NCBI GenBank assembly: GCA_963674865.2
Contig: CAXXYE010000009.1
Span: forward strand, 1,216,001 to 1,280,000
Direction of reading: 5' to 3'
Length of the DNA: 64,000 nt
From: Candidatus Hydrogenedentota bacterium
Lineage (GTDB): Bacteria; Hydrogenedentota; Hydrogenedentia; Hydrogenedentales; SLHB01
Position numbers and translations under genes: made by a program. Shown here one piece after another: positions 9,515 to 18,796 of the stretch (its first letter is position 1; each line of letters opens with the position of its first letter). Under the pieces are notes generated by a model. The model was given only the letters and a program-made list of their open reading frames with translations, was not told the origin of the DNA and did not search any database.

Positions 9515-9945
9515 TGGGGGAAGATATCCGGCTCGAAATAAGATCCGACGCGAGACTGCTCGGGGCGATTCGAAGTCTCGTGCGATGCTACGTGGGCTCG
9601 TGCGGCTTTCGGGAAGAGCGCGTGGATGAGGTGGTCTTGGCCGTGGATGAGGCGTGTGCCAATGCTATCCGGCATGCCTATGGCGGCCGAAAGGACAGAA
9701 AGCTGGAATTGACGCTTCGGGATGAGGAAGATTGGCTTACTATCGCGGTTCGTGATTCGGGACGGCCGGCGCCGGCGGAACGGGTGCAGCGCAAGCGTCT
9801 GGGCGCACGGAAGGCAGAGACGTTGAGTCCTGGCGGTTTGGGCGTTCAGTTCATGTACCGTGTCTTTGATGAAGTGGCTTTCGAGCCCGGCGTGCGTCGT
9901 GGCAACCGGGTCACCATGCGGCTGAAATGCCCGAAAGGGCGATAA
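9514..9945 (+). CDS. RsbW-like anti-sigma factor / serine kinase (HATPase_c_2)
   Basis: LAVDEACANAIRHAY, RDSG, GGLGV; TGATG overlap with the phosphatase. Confidence 0.9.
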   Translation: MGEDIRLEIRSDARLLGAIRSLVRCYVGSCGFREERVDEVVLAVDEACANAIRHAYGGRKDRKLELTLRDEEDWLTIAVRDSGRPAPAERVQRKRLGARKAETLSPGGLGVQFMYRVFDEVAFEPGVRRGNRVTMRLKCPKGR

Positions 9946-9965
9946 GAGGTGGATGGATAGATACG

Positions 9966-10280
9966 ATGGCTATGGACATTGAGATGCGCGATGATGACGC
10001 CGCCGTGGTGATCAAGGTGACGGGTGAGGTTGACCTTTACACCTCCCCCAAGCTTCGCACTGCCGTGCTGGACGCGTTGAAGAAACAGGCGACGGTTGGC
10101 GTGGACCTGAGCGGCGTGGGCTATATGGACAGCTCCGGCGTAGCGACGCTCGTGGAGGGACTCAAGAGCGCAACGGATGCGAAGAAGGACTTCGTGGTGG
10201 TAGCTCCGTCCTCTTCGGTTCTGAAGGTGCTGCAGCTGTCGCGTCTCGACAAAGTCTTTGCCATTCGGGAGTCTCTGTGA
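9966..10280 (+). CDS. STAS-domain protein (RsbV/SpoIIAA-like)
   Basis: GEVDLYTSPKLR, DLSGVGYMDSSG with the phosphoacceptor Ser, VLQLSRLDKVF. Confidence 0.9.
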   Translation: MAMDIEMRDDDAAVVIKVTGEVDLYTSPKLRTAVLDALKKQATVGVDLSGVGYMDSSGVATLVEGLKSATDAKKDFVVVAPSSSVLKVLQLSRLDKVFAIRESL

Positions 10281-10311
10281 GCCTATGGGAACCGCGGGAG
10301 GAGGCCGTGTA

Positions 10312-11103
10312 ATGACCGCCGTGTTCGGCAGTGCGGGACGACTCGCCCTGAATGGGATGTACGGCTTCGCCCGGGTGTGTGTACTTGTTGTCGATACGCT
10401 GAACTGGTTAGTCGTGGCGCCGCTCCGCGGAAAGGGCCTCCGAGTCCGCAGCACGATTGAGCAGTTTGTCGAATTCAGTGTGCATTCCATGCCGATTGTC
10501 GGGCTGATCTGCTTTCTCATAGGCGCGATCATGGCGATGCAGGCGTCTTATCAGTTGGCGCGATTTGGGGCGACGCGGTACATCGCCAACTTGGTCGGCG
10601 TGGCGGCAATGCGCGAGTTGGCGCCCCTGATGACGGCGATCCTCTTGACAGGCCGGAGCGGGTCGGCAATCACGGCGGAGATCGGCACCATGAAGGTATC
10701 GGAGGAGATCGACGCGCTGGAGGTGATGGGCCTCAATCCGACGAAGTTCCTCATTGTTCCCAAGTTTCTCGGGATGCTTCTGGCGGTGCCGTGCGTGACG
10801 GTCCTGGCGATGTTCATTATGATGGTGGGCGGCTTCTTCCTTTCGACGGTTGTGTTGGGGATTGAGCCGGCACTCTACCTTGAGCAAGCCGCGGGCGCGC
10901 TGGTGGTCAAGGACCTCGTGACGGGCATTACAAAGAGCATCTTCTTTGCACTCGTGATTTGTTGGGTAGGCGTGTATCGCGGTTTTCAGGTGGAAGGGGG
11001 TGCGGAGGGCGTTGGCCGCCAGACTACCTCGTCGGTGGTCACTTCGATCTTCTTTATCATCCTGGTTGACCTTTTTTTCACAACATTCTTCTATTTCGTT
11101 TAG
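10312..11103 (+). CDS. mlaE: MlaE-family ABC permease
   Basis: RELAPLMTAILLTGRSGSAITAEIGTMKVSEEIDALEVMG, GAEGVGRQTTSSVV; alternative start 10285. Confidence 0.92.
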   Translation: MTAVFGSAGRLALNGMYGFARVCVLVVDTLNWLVVAPLRGKGLRVRSTIEQFVEFSVHSMPIVGLICFLIGAIMAMQASYQLARFGATRYIANLVGVAAMRELAPLMTAILLTGRSGSAITAEIGTMKVSEEIDALEVMGLNPTKFLIVPKFLGMLLAVPCVTVLAMFIMMVGGFFLSTVVLGIEPALYLEQAAGALVVKDLVTGITKSIFFALVICWVGVYRGFQVEGGAEGVGRQTTSSVVTSIFFIILVDLFFTTFFYFV

Positions 11104-11105
11104 GT

Positions 11106-11906
11106 ATGAGCGAAGCAAACGACGATATCATCCAAGTGCGAGACCTGGTGGTGAAATACGGGGATCGCACGGTGCTCGAGGACATCAGTTTTGATGTTCG
11201 CCGCGGCGAGACGTTCGTGATCCTGGGGGGGAGCGGCTGCGGCAAGAGTACGCTCTTGCGCAATTTGGTTGGCCTGATGCGGCCGTACTCGGGCAAGATC
11301 TTCATCAATGGCCAGGATTTCACGGCGATGAGCGACGAGGCCCGCGTCGAGGTCCGCAAGAAGATGGGAATGTGTTTTCAGGGGTCGGCGCTGTTCAACT
11401 CGATGACGGTGGGGGATAACGTGGCCCTGCCACTGCGGGAACACACCCCTCTCGAGCCTTCGACAATCGATATCATGACGAAGATCAAGCTTGAACTCGT
11501 CGGGCTGGGCGGCTTCGAGTCGTATACGCCCGCCGAGTTGAGCGGCGGCATGAAGAAGCGCGCCGGCCTGGCGCGTGCCATGGCGATGGATCCTGAAGTC
11601 ATTTTCTATGATGAGCCCTCGGCGGGCCTGGATCCGATTGTGGCGGCCGGGATAGACGCGCTCATCCGAAAAATGCAGAATACATTCAACCTAACCAGCG
11701 TTGTCGTAACGCATGAGATGGCTAGCGTGGAATTGATCGCCGACAGGGTGTGCATGCTTCACCGGGGACGGATCGTGGCTCTTGGCCTCCTGAAGGAGGT
11801 CCAAGCCTCGCAGAATCCCTTTGTGCGGCAGTTCTATGAGCGGCGCCCCGATGAGGAAGGCGGCGAAAACGCAGCGTACATCCGTTCATTGACCGGAGGA
11901 GAATAA
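11106..11906 (+). CDS. mlaF: MlaF-family ABC ATPase
   Basis: GGSGCGKST, FQGSALFNSMTV, LSGGMKKRAGLARA, YDEPSAGLDP. Confidence 0.92.
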   Translation: MSEANDDIIQVRDLVVKYGDRTVLEDISFDVRRGETFVILGGSGCGKSTLLRNLVGLMRPYSGKIFINGQDFTAMSDEARVEVRKKMGMCFQGSALFNSMTVGDNVALPLREHTPLEPSTIDIMTKIKLELVGLGGFESYTPAELSGGMKKRAGLARAMAMDPEVIFYDEPSAGLDPIVAAGIDALIRKMQNTFNLTSVVVTHEMASVELIADRVCMLHRGRIVALGLLKEVQASQNPFVRQFYERRPDEEGGENAAYIRSLTGGE

Positions 11907-11967
11907 GGGCGTGTCTGGACTGAGCGTGCCGGCCATTGGGCCGAATCCATCAGCGGGAGCATAGCAA

Positions 11968-13005
11968 ATGCCCCAGAAGAAACATGATTTCACGAAGACG
12001 GAGGTGGCGGCGGGGGCCATGGTGATCCTGAGCGTGGCCGTTTTCGTCCTGTTCATTGCCGTGGTGCAGGGGCTTCGCCCGCCTCAGGCCGTGACGACGC
12101 TGTACGCCTTTTTCAACAACACGGCGGGGCTCAACGTCGGGGGAGACGTGCGCTTTGGCGGCGTGAAGGCGGGGCGCGTTGTGGCCATCGAGCCCGATTC
12201 GGAGGACCAGTCGCGTGTCAGGGTGGTCTTCGGCGTGAAGCCGACGTTTCCGATCAACCGGGAGAGTCGGGCGTTTATCACGCAGGTGACACTCACGTCG
12301 GAGCCGCATCTCGAGGTGAGCACGGGAACACAGGAAGCCGCGCGGTTGGCCGATGGCGATGAGGTGCCCGTGGATACGTCCAAGGGTGGCGGGATGTTTG
12401 GCGGAATCGACCAGATCGCCGCGAGTCTGGCGCCTGTCCTCGAGGATGTGATCGCTTTGCTCGGCGTCGAGGAACTCGAGCAGACCGCCGCGAAAGGCGA
12501 GGAGGAAGGGGAGCTGGTCACCATTGCGGACTTGTTCTCCAATGTGAACGGGGCCATTGTCGAGGGCGGCGACCTCGTCAAGGATGTACGGGGCGTCGTG
12601 TCGGACCGCAGCGACGAGGTCGGCGCCGTGCTGACGAAACTCCAGGAAGTCGGGGACGAGGCGAAGCGGCTCGTGACGCAGTTGAATGGTGTTCTTGCCG
12701 AGAATCGTGAGGATCTGCGGGGCACGGTCGAGGCGTCGCGGAAGGCCGTGGGACAGGTAGGAGCCATGATTGATGACTTGGCCTCCCGCATGGACGCGCT
12801 TGCCTCGGCCCTTCATGCCACGCTCGAAAACACCGAGGGCCTGACAGGCGAAACGCGCGCGATGGTCGAAGCCAATCGCCCCGTGATCGAGGATTTGCTC
12901 CTGGACCTGCGCGAGACGGTTCGCCATCTTCAGAATTTCTCGCGGACTATTGCCGAGGAACCCGAATCGATCATTCGAGGTAAGGCCGCCCACGGGCGCA
13001 AGTAG
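11968..13005 (+). CDS. mlaD: MlaD/MCE-family protein with long helical C-terminus
   Basis: Single N-terminal TM, GLNVGGDVRFGGVKAGRV MCE motif, helical region ending EEPESIIRG. Confidence 0.9.
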   Translation: MPQKKHDFTKTEVAAGAMVILSVAVFVLFIAVVQGLRPPQAVTTLYAFFNNTAGLNVGGDVRFGGVKAGRVVAIEPDSEDQSRVRVVFGVKPTFPINRESRAFITQVTLTSEPHLEVSTGTQEAARLADGDEVPVDTSKGGGMFGGIDQIAASLAPVLEDVIALLGVEELEQTAAKGEEEGELVTIADLFSNVNGAIVEGGDLVKDVRGVVSDRSDEVGAVLTKLQEVGDEAKRLVTQLNGVLAENREDLRGTVEASRKAVGQVGAMIDDLASRMDALASALHATLENTEGLTGETRAMVEANRPVIEDLLLDLRETVRHLQNFSRTIAEEPESIIRGKAAHGRK

Positions 13006-13013
13006 GAGAAGCC

Positions 13014-13559
13014 ATGCGAAAGATCGCCTATGCATTCGTGGCCGTTCTCGCCGCCGGGTGTGCGTCATCGCCTGCGGCGAGGTATTACACCTTGGACATG
13101 CAGCCCTCGGGCCGCCCCCGCCCGCAGGTCAATGTCGACGTGGATCGGCTGAGGCCGGCGGAGGCATTGGCGCGGCGGGACATCCTCGTTAAGACCAGCC
13201 CGACGCAGATCGAGTACTACGTCAGTGATCGGTGGGCGGCCGGGCTCGGAGAGCTTGTGGCGGAGAAGCTTGAGGCCGAGTTCGGCGAGGATCTCGAAGC
13301 CCGCGAGACGGTTGTGATTACGGGGACTATCCTGAGTTTCGAGCAAGTGGACATCGCGGGCGGCGCGGAGGCCCACATCAAACTGGCGCTCTCCTTCCGC
13401 AAGGAGGCCGAAGGCCCCTATGCAGCGCCTTTCCTTGAGAAGGTTTACGAACTTACCATCCCCGCGGATGGGGCCGATGCAGGTGCGGCAGTCAAGGCGT
13501 TGTCGCGGGGGCTTGAGGATGTTGCGGACCTAATTGCATCTGAGATTGCGGGGCCATGA
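13014..13559 (+). CDS. PqiC-like ABC auxiliary outer-membrane lipoprotein
   Basis: Lipobox LAAGC, RYYTL, DRWA motifs; follows the MCE gene. Confidence 0.85.
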   Translation: MRKIAYAFVAVLAAGCASSPAARYYTLDMQPSGRPRPQVNVDVDRLRPAEALARRDILVKTSPTQIEYYVSDRWAAGLGELVAEKLEAEFGEDLEARETVVITGTILSFEQVDIAGGAEAHIKLALSFRKEAEGPYAAPFLEKVYELTIPADGADAGAAVKALSRGLEDVADLIASEIAGP

Positions 13560-14368
13560 AGAAGCGACAGAGGACGAAGGCGCAAGAGCACCTTTCGGAC
13601 TTCGAGCGTGCGATCTGTTATTACACACTGCCTCGCGTGACGCACCCCGTCACGTATGGGCTCGTTGTGGCATACTGTGTATGCCTTGTCGAGGCGGCGG
13701 GTGCATTGGGCTATGGGATGGCTACCGGCCACCCGATCTGGTTCCGCGTGGGGAAGTACGCCTTCATCGGGATCGTACTGCTCGGGATAGGCATTTTCCT
13801 TGTGCGGTGCTTCCTTAACGAGCTCAAGGAGCGGCGTGTTCTGGCTCAGGCGCGGGGCGTTCCCGACGCCCACAGGGAAGCCGACGATCTGCCCCCGAAT
13901 CCCTTTCGAGACCACTGTCTAGTCCGATGCCCGAGAGCCATACGGGGACGTTCGTTTGAGTGCACCAACGATGCAGGTAAGCTGCTCTACAAGGTCGAAG
14001 TATCTCCTCGCGATGATTGGTGGAAACTGACGGATGCGAAGGGAGAGGAAATACTTCGGGTGCGGGCGGCCCACGTCCCGCGTCTGCGCTTTGGGATTGA
14101 GCGGGGATTGCCGACGCATTTGACGGTGTATTCCGGCAACGAGGAGTTGGCCCAGATCCGGCGTCGGCCCAGCCTGACTGCGCGAACCAGCGATGTCTTT
14201 TGCTCCGGCCCGGAGCCAAGGCGCTACGTCATTCGCCACCGTAGCGTCTATACGGATGACCGGCTGGTGGGGCGGATCTACTATCTTCGTGACTACCTCT
14301 ATCTGGATATCGAGGAGGCGCACTGCCACAAGGCGATTCTTGGCTTCTTTGTTGCCCTGGCGGCGTAA
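13556..14368 (+). CDS. Hypothetical membrane protein, two TMs plus possible LURP-one/scramblase-like beta domain
   Basis: ATGA overlap with the lipoprotein gene; two hydrophobic segments, then repeated hairpins (NDAGKLLYKV, DAKGEEILRV, GNEELAQIRR, DRLVGRI) and a hydrophobic terminal helix. Confidence 0.65.
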   Translation: MKKRQRTKAQEHLSDFERAICYYTLPRVTHPVTYGLVVAYCVCLVEAAGALGYGMATGHPIWFRVGKYAFIGIVLLGIGIFLVRCFLNELKERRVLAQARGVPDAHREADDLPPNPFRDHCLVRCPRAIRGRSFECTNDAGKLLYKVEVSPRDDWWKLTDAKGEEILRVRAAHVPRLRFGIERGLPTHLTVYSGNEELAQIRRRPSLTARTSDVFCSGPEPRRYVIRHRSVYTDDRLVGRIYYLRDYLYLDIEEAHCHKAILGFFVALAA

Positions 14369-14477
14369 GTGGCCTATCCGGAGCGGCTGTCACACAAAAT
14401 GCCCTGTGATGCTCGTGCATTTCCCGGATTGGAGGGTGCAAACGGGGAGGCAGTGGACTCGATGTGTTCTTTGTCCT

Positions 14478-14506
14478 TTGACGGTTGCCGGTTCCTCTGC
14501 TAGAAT
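14478..14506 (+). promoter_or_regulatory. Sigma70-type promoter of the PilZ gene
   Basis: TTGACG-N17-TAGAAT with TGn extended -10. Confidence 0.7.
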
Positions 14507-14530
14507 CGAACGAGTACAAGGGGAGAATAC

Positions 14531-15169
14531 ATGGGCGCGACATCGCAAGCTCCGGGCAAGAGCACACAGATCGCCGTCGGGAACCGTTGCCTTCTGAATG
14601 TCATGAACCGACATTTCATGGCCGAGATCCAGGAGGTCAATGATGACAACATCCGGGTCACATTTCCGGGGAAAGACTATCCGATTCCCGGCATGCAGGT
14701 CGACATGGAGTTCCACGATGTGTCCGGGTTTTCCTACTATAGGACAAGCGTCTTCAAGGGGCCGTCGCGAGGAGTGGAGGGCATAGTCCTAGGCCGTCCA
14801 CGTGAACTCAAACGCTTTCAGCATCGCGAATCGTGCCGCGTGGGTACGGATCTCACCGTGCAGTTGAAGGACCAGGTTCACATCCGGAAATACGACGCGG
14901 CCGTTGTCAACATCAGTTCCAAGGGGCTTCTGGCCCGGTCGGAAGCGCCGTTGGCCTTTAACGCGACCGTCGAGGTCACGATGTCGCTGCCCGGAGAACC
15001 TTCGTTCACAGTGCTTGGGCAGGTTGTCCATACTGCCGGTGGGCTTGGCGGCAACGAAGGGCCCGGTACCTTCTTTGGAATCCGGTTCTTGGATCTCGAG
15101 CCCGACGTCGAAAACGCCGTATCACGCTACATCTGGCGACGGCTCAAGGAACTCTATCCTTCACAGTAG
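14531..15169 (+). CDS. PilZ-domain c-di-GMP receptor (YcgR-like)
   Basis: QHRESCR (RxxxR) and NISSKG (D/NxSxxG), FGIRF; N-terminal YcgR-like barrel. Confidence 0.85.
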   Translation: MGATSQAPGKSTQIAVGNRCLLNVMNRHFMAEIQEVNDDNIRVTFPGKDYPIPGMQVDMEFHDVSGFSYYRTSVFKGPSRGVEGIVLGRPRELKRFQHRESCRVGTDLTVQLKDQVHIRKYDAAVVNISSKGLLARSEAPLAFNATVEVTMSLPGEPSFTVLGQVVHTAGGLGGNEGPGTFFGIRFLDLEPDVENAVSRYIWRRLKELYPSQ

Positions 15170-15232
15170 GTCCTAAGCAGTCAGGCCGCGTGTCTCCTCC
15201 TTTGCTCCCACCTCAGGCACTTTCCGCTATTG

Positions 15233-15321
15233 CCACAATCTGTGGGCATAGGCTCATCCTTTCTTCATCTTTGGTCAATATATTGTGGTTTTCGTAGCTC
15301 CCGTGATACAATATGTGGGTC
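15233..15321 (+). promoter_or_regulatory. Promoter with NrdR-box-like palindromes
   Basis: ggtCAATATATTGtgg (15273-15288), ataCAATATGTGGgtc (15306-15321), weaker ccaCAATCTGTGGgca (15233-15248); overlapping TTGTGG-N18-TACAAT. Confidence 0.55.
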
Positions 15322-15382
15322 GACAGGCCTGCGGTAGTGGCCTCGGCGACGCGGCCGTATTGCGTGGAGGAGAGCGCCTGAA

Positions 15383-17155
15383 GTGTCCTCACTACTAGAT
15401 TTCAAGCCTGTCAGGCGTCCTAAGTTGCTGTTTTATAAGGTATTGCGCTGTGGCGTGAGTCTGGCGACTGCCGCCGCTTTGTTGTTCGTAGTGTTCTCTC
15501 CATCAACGGAGGCGGCCGTGGTTCGGGAACCTCTCGATCAGCATACCTACGTGCTGATCAAGAACGGGCGGAGTGTCTTTCTCGAATGTCGTGCACCGGC
15601 GGGGAAGGCCGAGGCCTTCTTCAAGAAATACCTGGCGGAAGAGGACGATTGGGAGATCTACGCCAACAAGGGCGTGGTTGCCGTCCCATTGGGCCGTTTG
15701 AAAGGGGAGGTCCAACGTGTGGCGCTGCTTCGGCTGTTCCCACAAGATACGGTGGACGAGCGCGGGTGGATTCACGAGGTGACATATGGCGACGGGCCCG
15801 AAGGGCAGGAAACCTTGTGGAATCTCTGCGAGTGGCTAACGGGTCGTGGCATGGATTACCGGAAGGTGATGGCGGCCAACAAGTTGCAGGAGGCGCATCT
15901 GACGTCAGGCCAACAGGTGGTCATACCCGCCGAATTACTCCTCAAGGCGATGCGTGAGTTTACCCCCGTGGCCGAAGATGTAATGGAGCAGCTTGTCGAG
16001 CTTTCCGCGGAGGAACTCGAGTATGGCAAGGATGACGAGGGCCCTTACGCCGCGTATCGCCTCAAGCAGGGCGAGGCCCTGTATACCTCCGTGGTGGTCC
16101 GCTTCACGGACTATCGGGACAACGCGCCCATCCTTAAGGTTTGCGAGGCGATTCAGAAGCGAAGCGGCATCAAGGATCCCCGTTCACTCAAGCCCGGTCA
16201 GTTGGTGCTGATCCCGCTGGACCTGCTCTCCGCCCGATTCAAACCTGAAGGCAGTCCGGAACGCAAAGCCTATGAGGACGTTGTCGAAGAGGCGCGCCGG
16301 CTGCGCGGGCAGGTTACAAGCCGGGATCTTGCTGGTATAGTCGTTGTTATTGATCCGGGCCACGGGGGGCGTGATCAGGGGGCAGCAGCGGCGAGGGTCG
16401 GACTGTATGAGGACGAGCTGAATTACGACATCGCCTGCCGCGTCAAGCGTATTCTGGCGGAAACGACTCAGGCTAAGGTGTATATGACGGCCGTTGATCG
16501 AAGCTGCGGTTATTCTTGTTCGGAAGCGAAGCGCTTCGTCCACGATACGGATGAGGAGCTTCTGACGACGCCGCGCTACAAGAATACCGACGCGGACGCG
16601 TCCGCGAATCTTCGCGCCTACCTCGCCAACGCGATCTTCGCGAAGGAAACGGCAAACGGCACGGATCCGCGCAAGGTTGTGTTCACGAGTTTCCACTGCG
16701 ACGCGCTCTACAACAAGCAGCTTCGGGGAGCGATGGTGTATATTCCCGGCGCGGCCTACCGTAAGAGCAGCGAGCAGCCCGCGCGTCCGAGGCGCTTCAA
16801 TTACAACCGCTATGAAGAGGCCAATGGGCGCCGCACCATCGTCACTACCGAGGCTGAGCGTAGACGAGACGAGGCCATGTCGCGCAATTTCGCGTCAACG
16901 TTGATGGAACAGTTGGGCGAGCACCGCGTCCGCCGGCATATGGAGGGGCCTCGCATCCGTTCGGTGATCCGGCAGAATGGGGGGGTGAAGTACGTGCCGG
17001 CGGTACTCAGGGTCAACAAGATCCCGACGAAAGTGCTCCTCGAGGTGGCCAACATGACGAATAGCGTGGACTGCACGCGGATGGCCGATCCGTGGTGGCG
17101 GGAGCAGGTGGCAAAAGCCTACGTCGCGGCGTTGAAGGAGTACTATAAGTCCTGA
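15383..17155 (+). CDS. LysM-domain N-acetylmuramoyl-L-alanine amidase (Amidase_3)
   Basis: Signal/TM, two LysM-like units (LTSGQQVVIP, LKPGQLVLIP), IDPGHGG, YEDELN, SFHCD, LLEVAN. Confidence 0.88.
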   Translation: MSSLLDFKPVRRPKLLFYKVLRCGVSLATAAALLFVVFSPSTEAAVVREPLDQHTYVLIKNGRSVFLECRAPAGKAEAFFKKYLAEEDDWEIYANKGVVAVPLGRLKGEVQRVALLRLFPQDTVDERGWIHEVTYGDGPEGQETLWNLCEWLTGRGMDYRKVMAANKLQEAHLTSGQQVVIPAELLLKAMREFTPVAEDVMEQLVELSAEELEYGKDDEGPYAAYRLKQGEALYTSVVVRFTDYRDNAPILKVCEAIQKRSGIKDPRSLKPGQLVLIPLDLLSARFKPEGSPERKAYEDVVEEARRLRGQVTSRDLAGIVVVIDPGHGGRDQGAAAARVGLYEDELNYDIACRVKRILAETTQAKVYMTAVDRSCGYSCSEAKRFVHDTDEELLTTPRYKNTDADASANLRAYLANAIFAKETANGTDPRKVVFTSFHCDALYNKQLRGAMVYIPGAAYRKSSEQPARPRRFNYNRYEEANGRRTIVTTEAERRRDEAMSRNFASTLMEQLGEHRVRRHMEGPRIRSVIRQNGGVKYVPAVLRVNKIPTKVLLEVANMTNSVDCTRMADPWWREQVAKAYVAALKEYYKS

Positions 17156-18456
17156 GAGTCTGGTTGCCGCCAGGCGGCGCCCAGGGTGATGCCGTGGGCT
17201 ACGAGGGGATCTTCGGCGAGGCCGTTCTGCTTCATCTTCCGGGCGATCCAGGCTTCAAGGTCGGCTTCGAGTTTCTGCGCAAGCAGAGGCTGTTCATCCA
17301 CCAGGTTGTCCATCTCGTCGGGATCGGCCTGGAGATCGTACAGTTCGCGCATCGGCGTGCCGTAGTAGTCGGGCTCACGGGCGAGAATGAACTTGTGCCG
17401 CGCTGTCCGAATGGCCCACTTCATTTGCCAGGTGCATTCCTGGCTCACCACGTACTCCCGGATGGGCTCCACTGTCTCTCCGCGCAAGTGAGCTGCGAGG
17501 CTATGCCCTTCCATCTCGTTGGGAGCTTCAATCCCGCATAGATCGAGTATGGTCGGAGCAATGTCTACGTGCTCGGCCAAAACGGGAACGCGGCGCGGCG
17601 GAACGCCGGGGCATCGGAAGATCAACGGCACGTGTAGGTTTCCGTCGTAAAGGCCGTGATGATCGAAGAAGATGCCGTGGCGATACATGAGTTCACCGTG
17701 GTCGCTCAATAAGACGACGAGCGTGTCTTCCGCCAAACCGAGCTCTTCGAGTTTCTTGAGGAGTTGGCCAATACCCTCGTCGCAGTAGCGGATTTCCCCG
17801 TCGTACAGAGCGACGACGTACTCGGCGTCTGTTATCTCGAAGCTGAACTTGTTGAACCATGTCTCCGCCCATGTCTTGCCCAACGGATGAGAGCGCAGGG
17901 CGTCGAGGCTGTGATTGTCGGGGGTGCTCGGATTTCCTTTATAGTACAGCGTGCGATAGGCCCTTGGTGGGAGATAGGGCGTATGCGGATCCCAATAGTG
18001 GATGAACAGAAAGAAGCGCTCATCCTTGTGGTGCTCCAGCCAGGGAACGGCGCGGCGGTTGATCTCCCGATTGTCGCAGGCAATATTCAGATTGCGCCGC
18101 ATGGTGGGGTCGATACAGAACTCGTATCCCCGCCCGAAGCCGTTGCGCCATGCGGGCAGATTGTCCACCGCGCAGGTGGTGTATCCGGCTTGCTGCATAA
18201 CGCGCGGGAGCCAGGGCCCGTTTCGCGGCAGGGGATTATGGCCCGTCTGGGCGACAATCCCGTGGGTGATGGCGTACTGCCCCGTGTTGATGGTGGCAAA
18301 GGCGGGATGCGTAGGTATCGCGGGGGCAAAGGCCGTTTCCACGAGGGTCGATTGTTGGGCGAATGCGTCGATGTTGGGCGACGTGTTTTGAGCGTAGCCA
18401 TAACACCCAAGATGATCCGCGCGCAGTGTGTCTATGGCAATGACGATGACGTTCAC
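17143..18456 (-). CDS. Sulfatase-like hydrolase (alkaline phosphatase superfamily)
   Basis: IDTLRADHLGCYGY, HYWDPHTPY, YDGEI, SDHGE, ELYDLQADPDE; GTG start. Confidence 0.88.
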   Translation of the reverse strand: MNVIVIAIDTLRADHLGCYGYAQNTSPNIDAFAQQSTLVETAFAPAIPTHPAFATINTGQYAITHGIVAQTGHNPLPRNGPWLPRVMQQAGYTTCAVDNLPAWRNGFGRGYEFCIDPTMRRNLNIACDNREINRRAVPWLEHHKDERFFLFIHYWDPHTPYLPPRAYRTLYYKGNPSTPDNHSLDALRSHPLGKTWAETWFNKFSFEITDAEYVVALYDGEIRYCDEGIGQLLKKLEELGLAEDTLVVLLSDHGELMYRHGIFFDHHGLYDGNLHVPLIFRCPGVPPRRVPVLAEHVDIAPTILDLCGIEAPNEMEGHSLAAHLRGETVEPIREYVVSQECTWQMKWAIRTARHKFILAREPDYYGTPMRELYDLQADPDEMDNLVDEQPLLAQKLEADLEAWIARKMKQNGLAEDPLVAHGITLGAAWRQPDSQDL

Positions 18457-18796
18457 AGTGTCTTCTTTCCGATAGGCGCTCGACTGTAGGGCGGGCGTCA
18501 TTGGTTTCTTATACAAGAATCCCAGGTAGCCTTCTCCGGGAACTCGCGGCATTGTACACCAGCGGATATCAGGCGTCGCAAGATGAGTCTCCCGGCACCG
18601 CCACCGGCCGTCTGCTTCACAGGGAAAGGGCAGGGAAGGGTCGTGTTCTTATTCGGAAACGCGCTGCTGCGGCAGACACGCCCTGCTGCGTTTGTCGTCG
18701 GAACTCCACGGGGCAGCAGGGACGCGAAGAAGGCTCCGTCCGCGGCACCCGAGCACGAGACTTGCCTTGACGGCGTAGACTGTTCGTGAGGCTAAG

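Noticed and set aside
15230..15320. AT-rich patch as replication origin or DnaA boxes
   Set aside because: No TTATCCACA matches; better explained by a promoter plus palindromic boxes.
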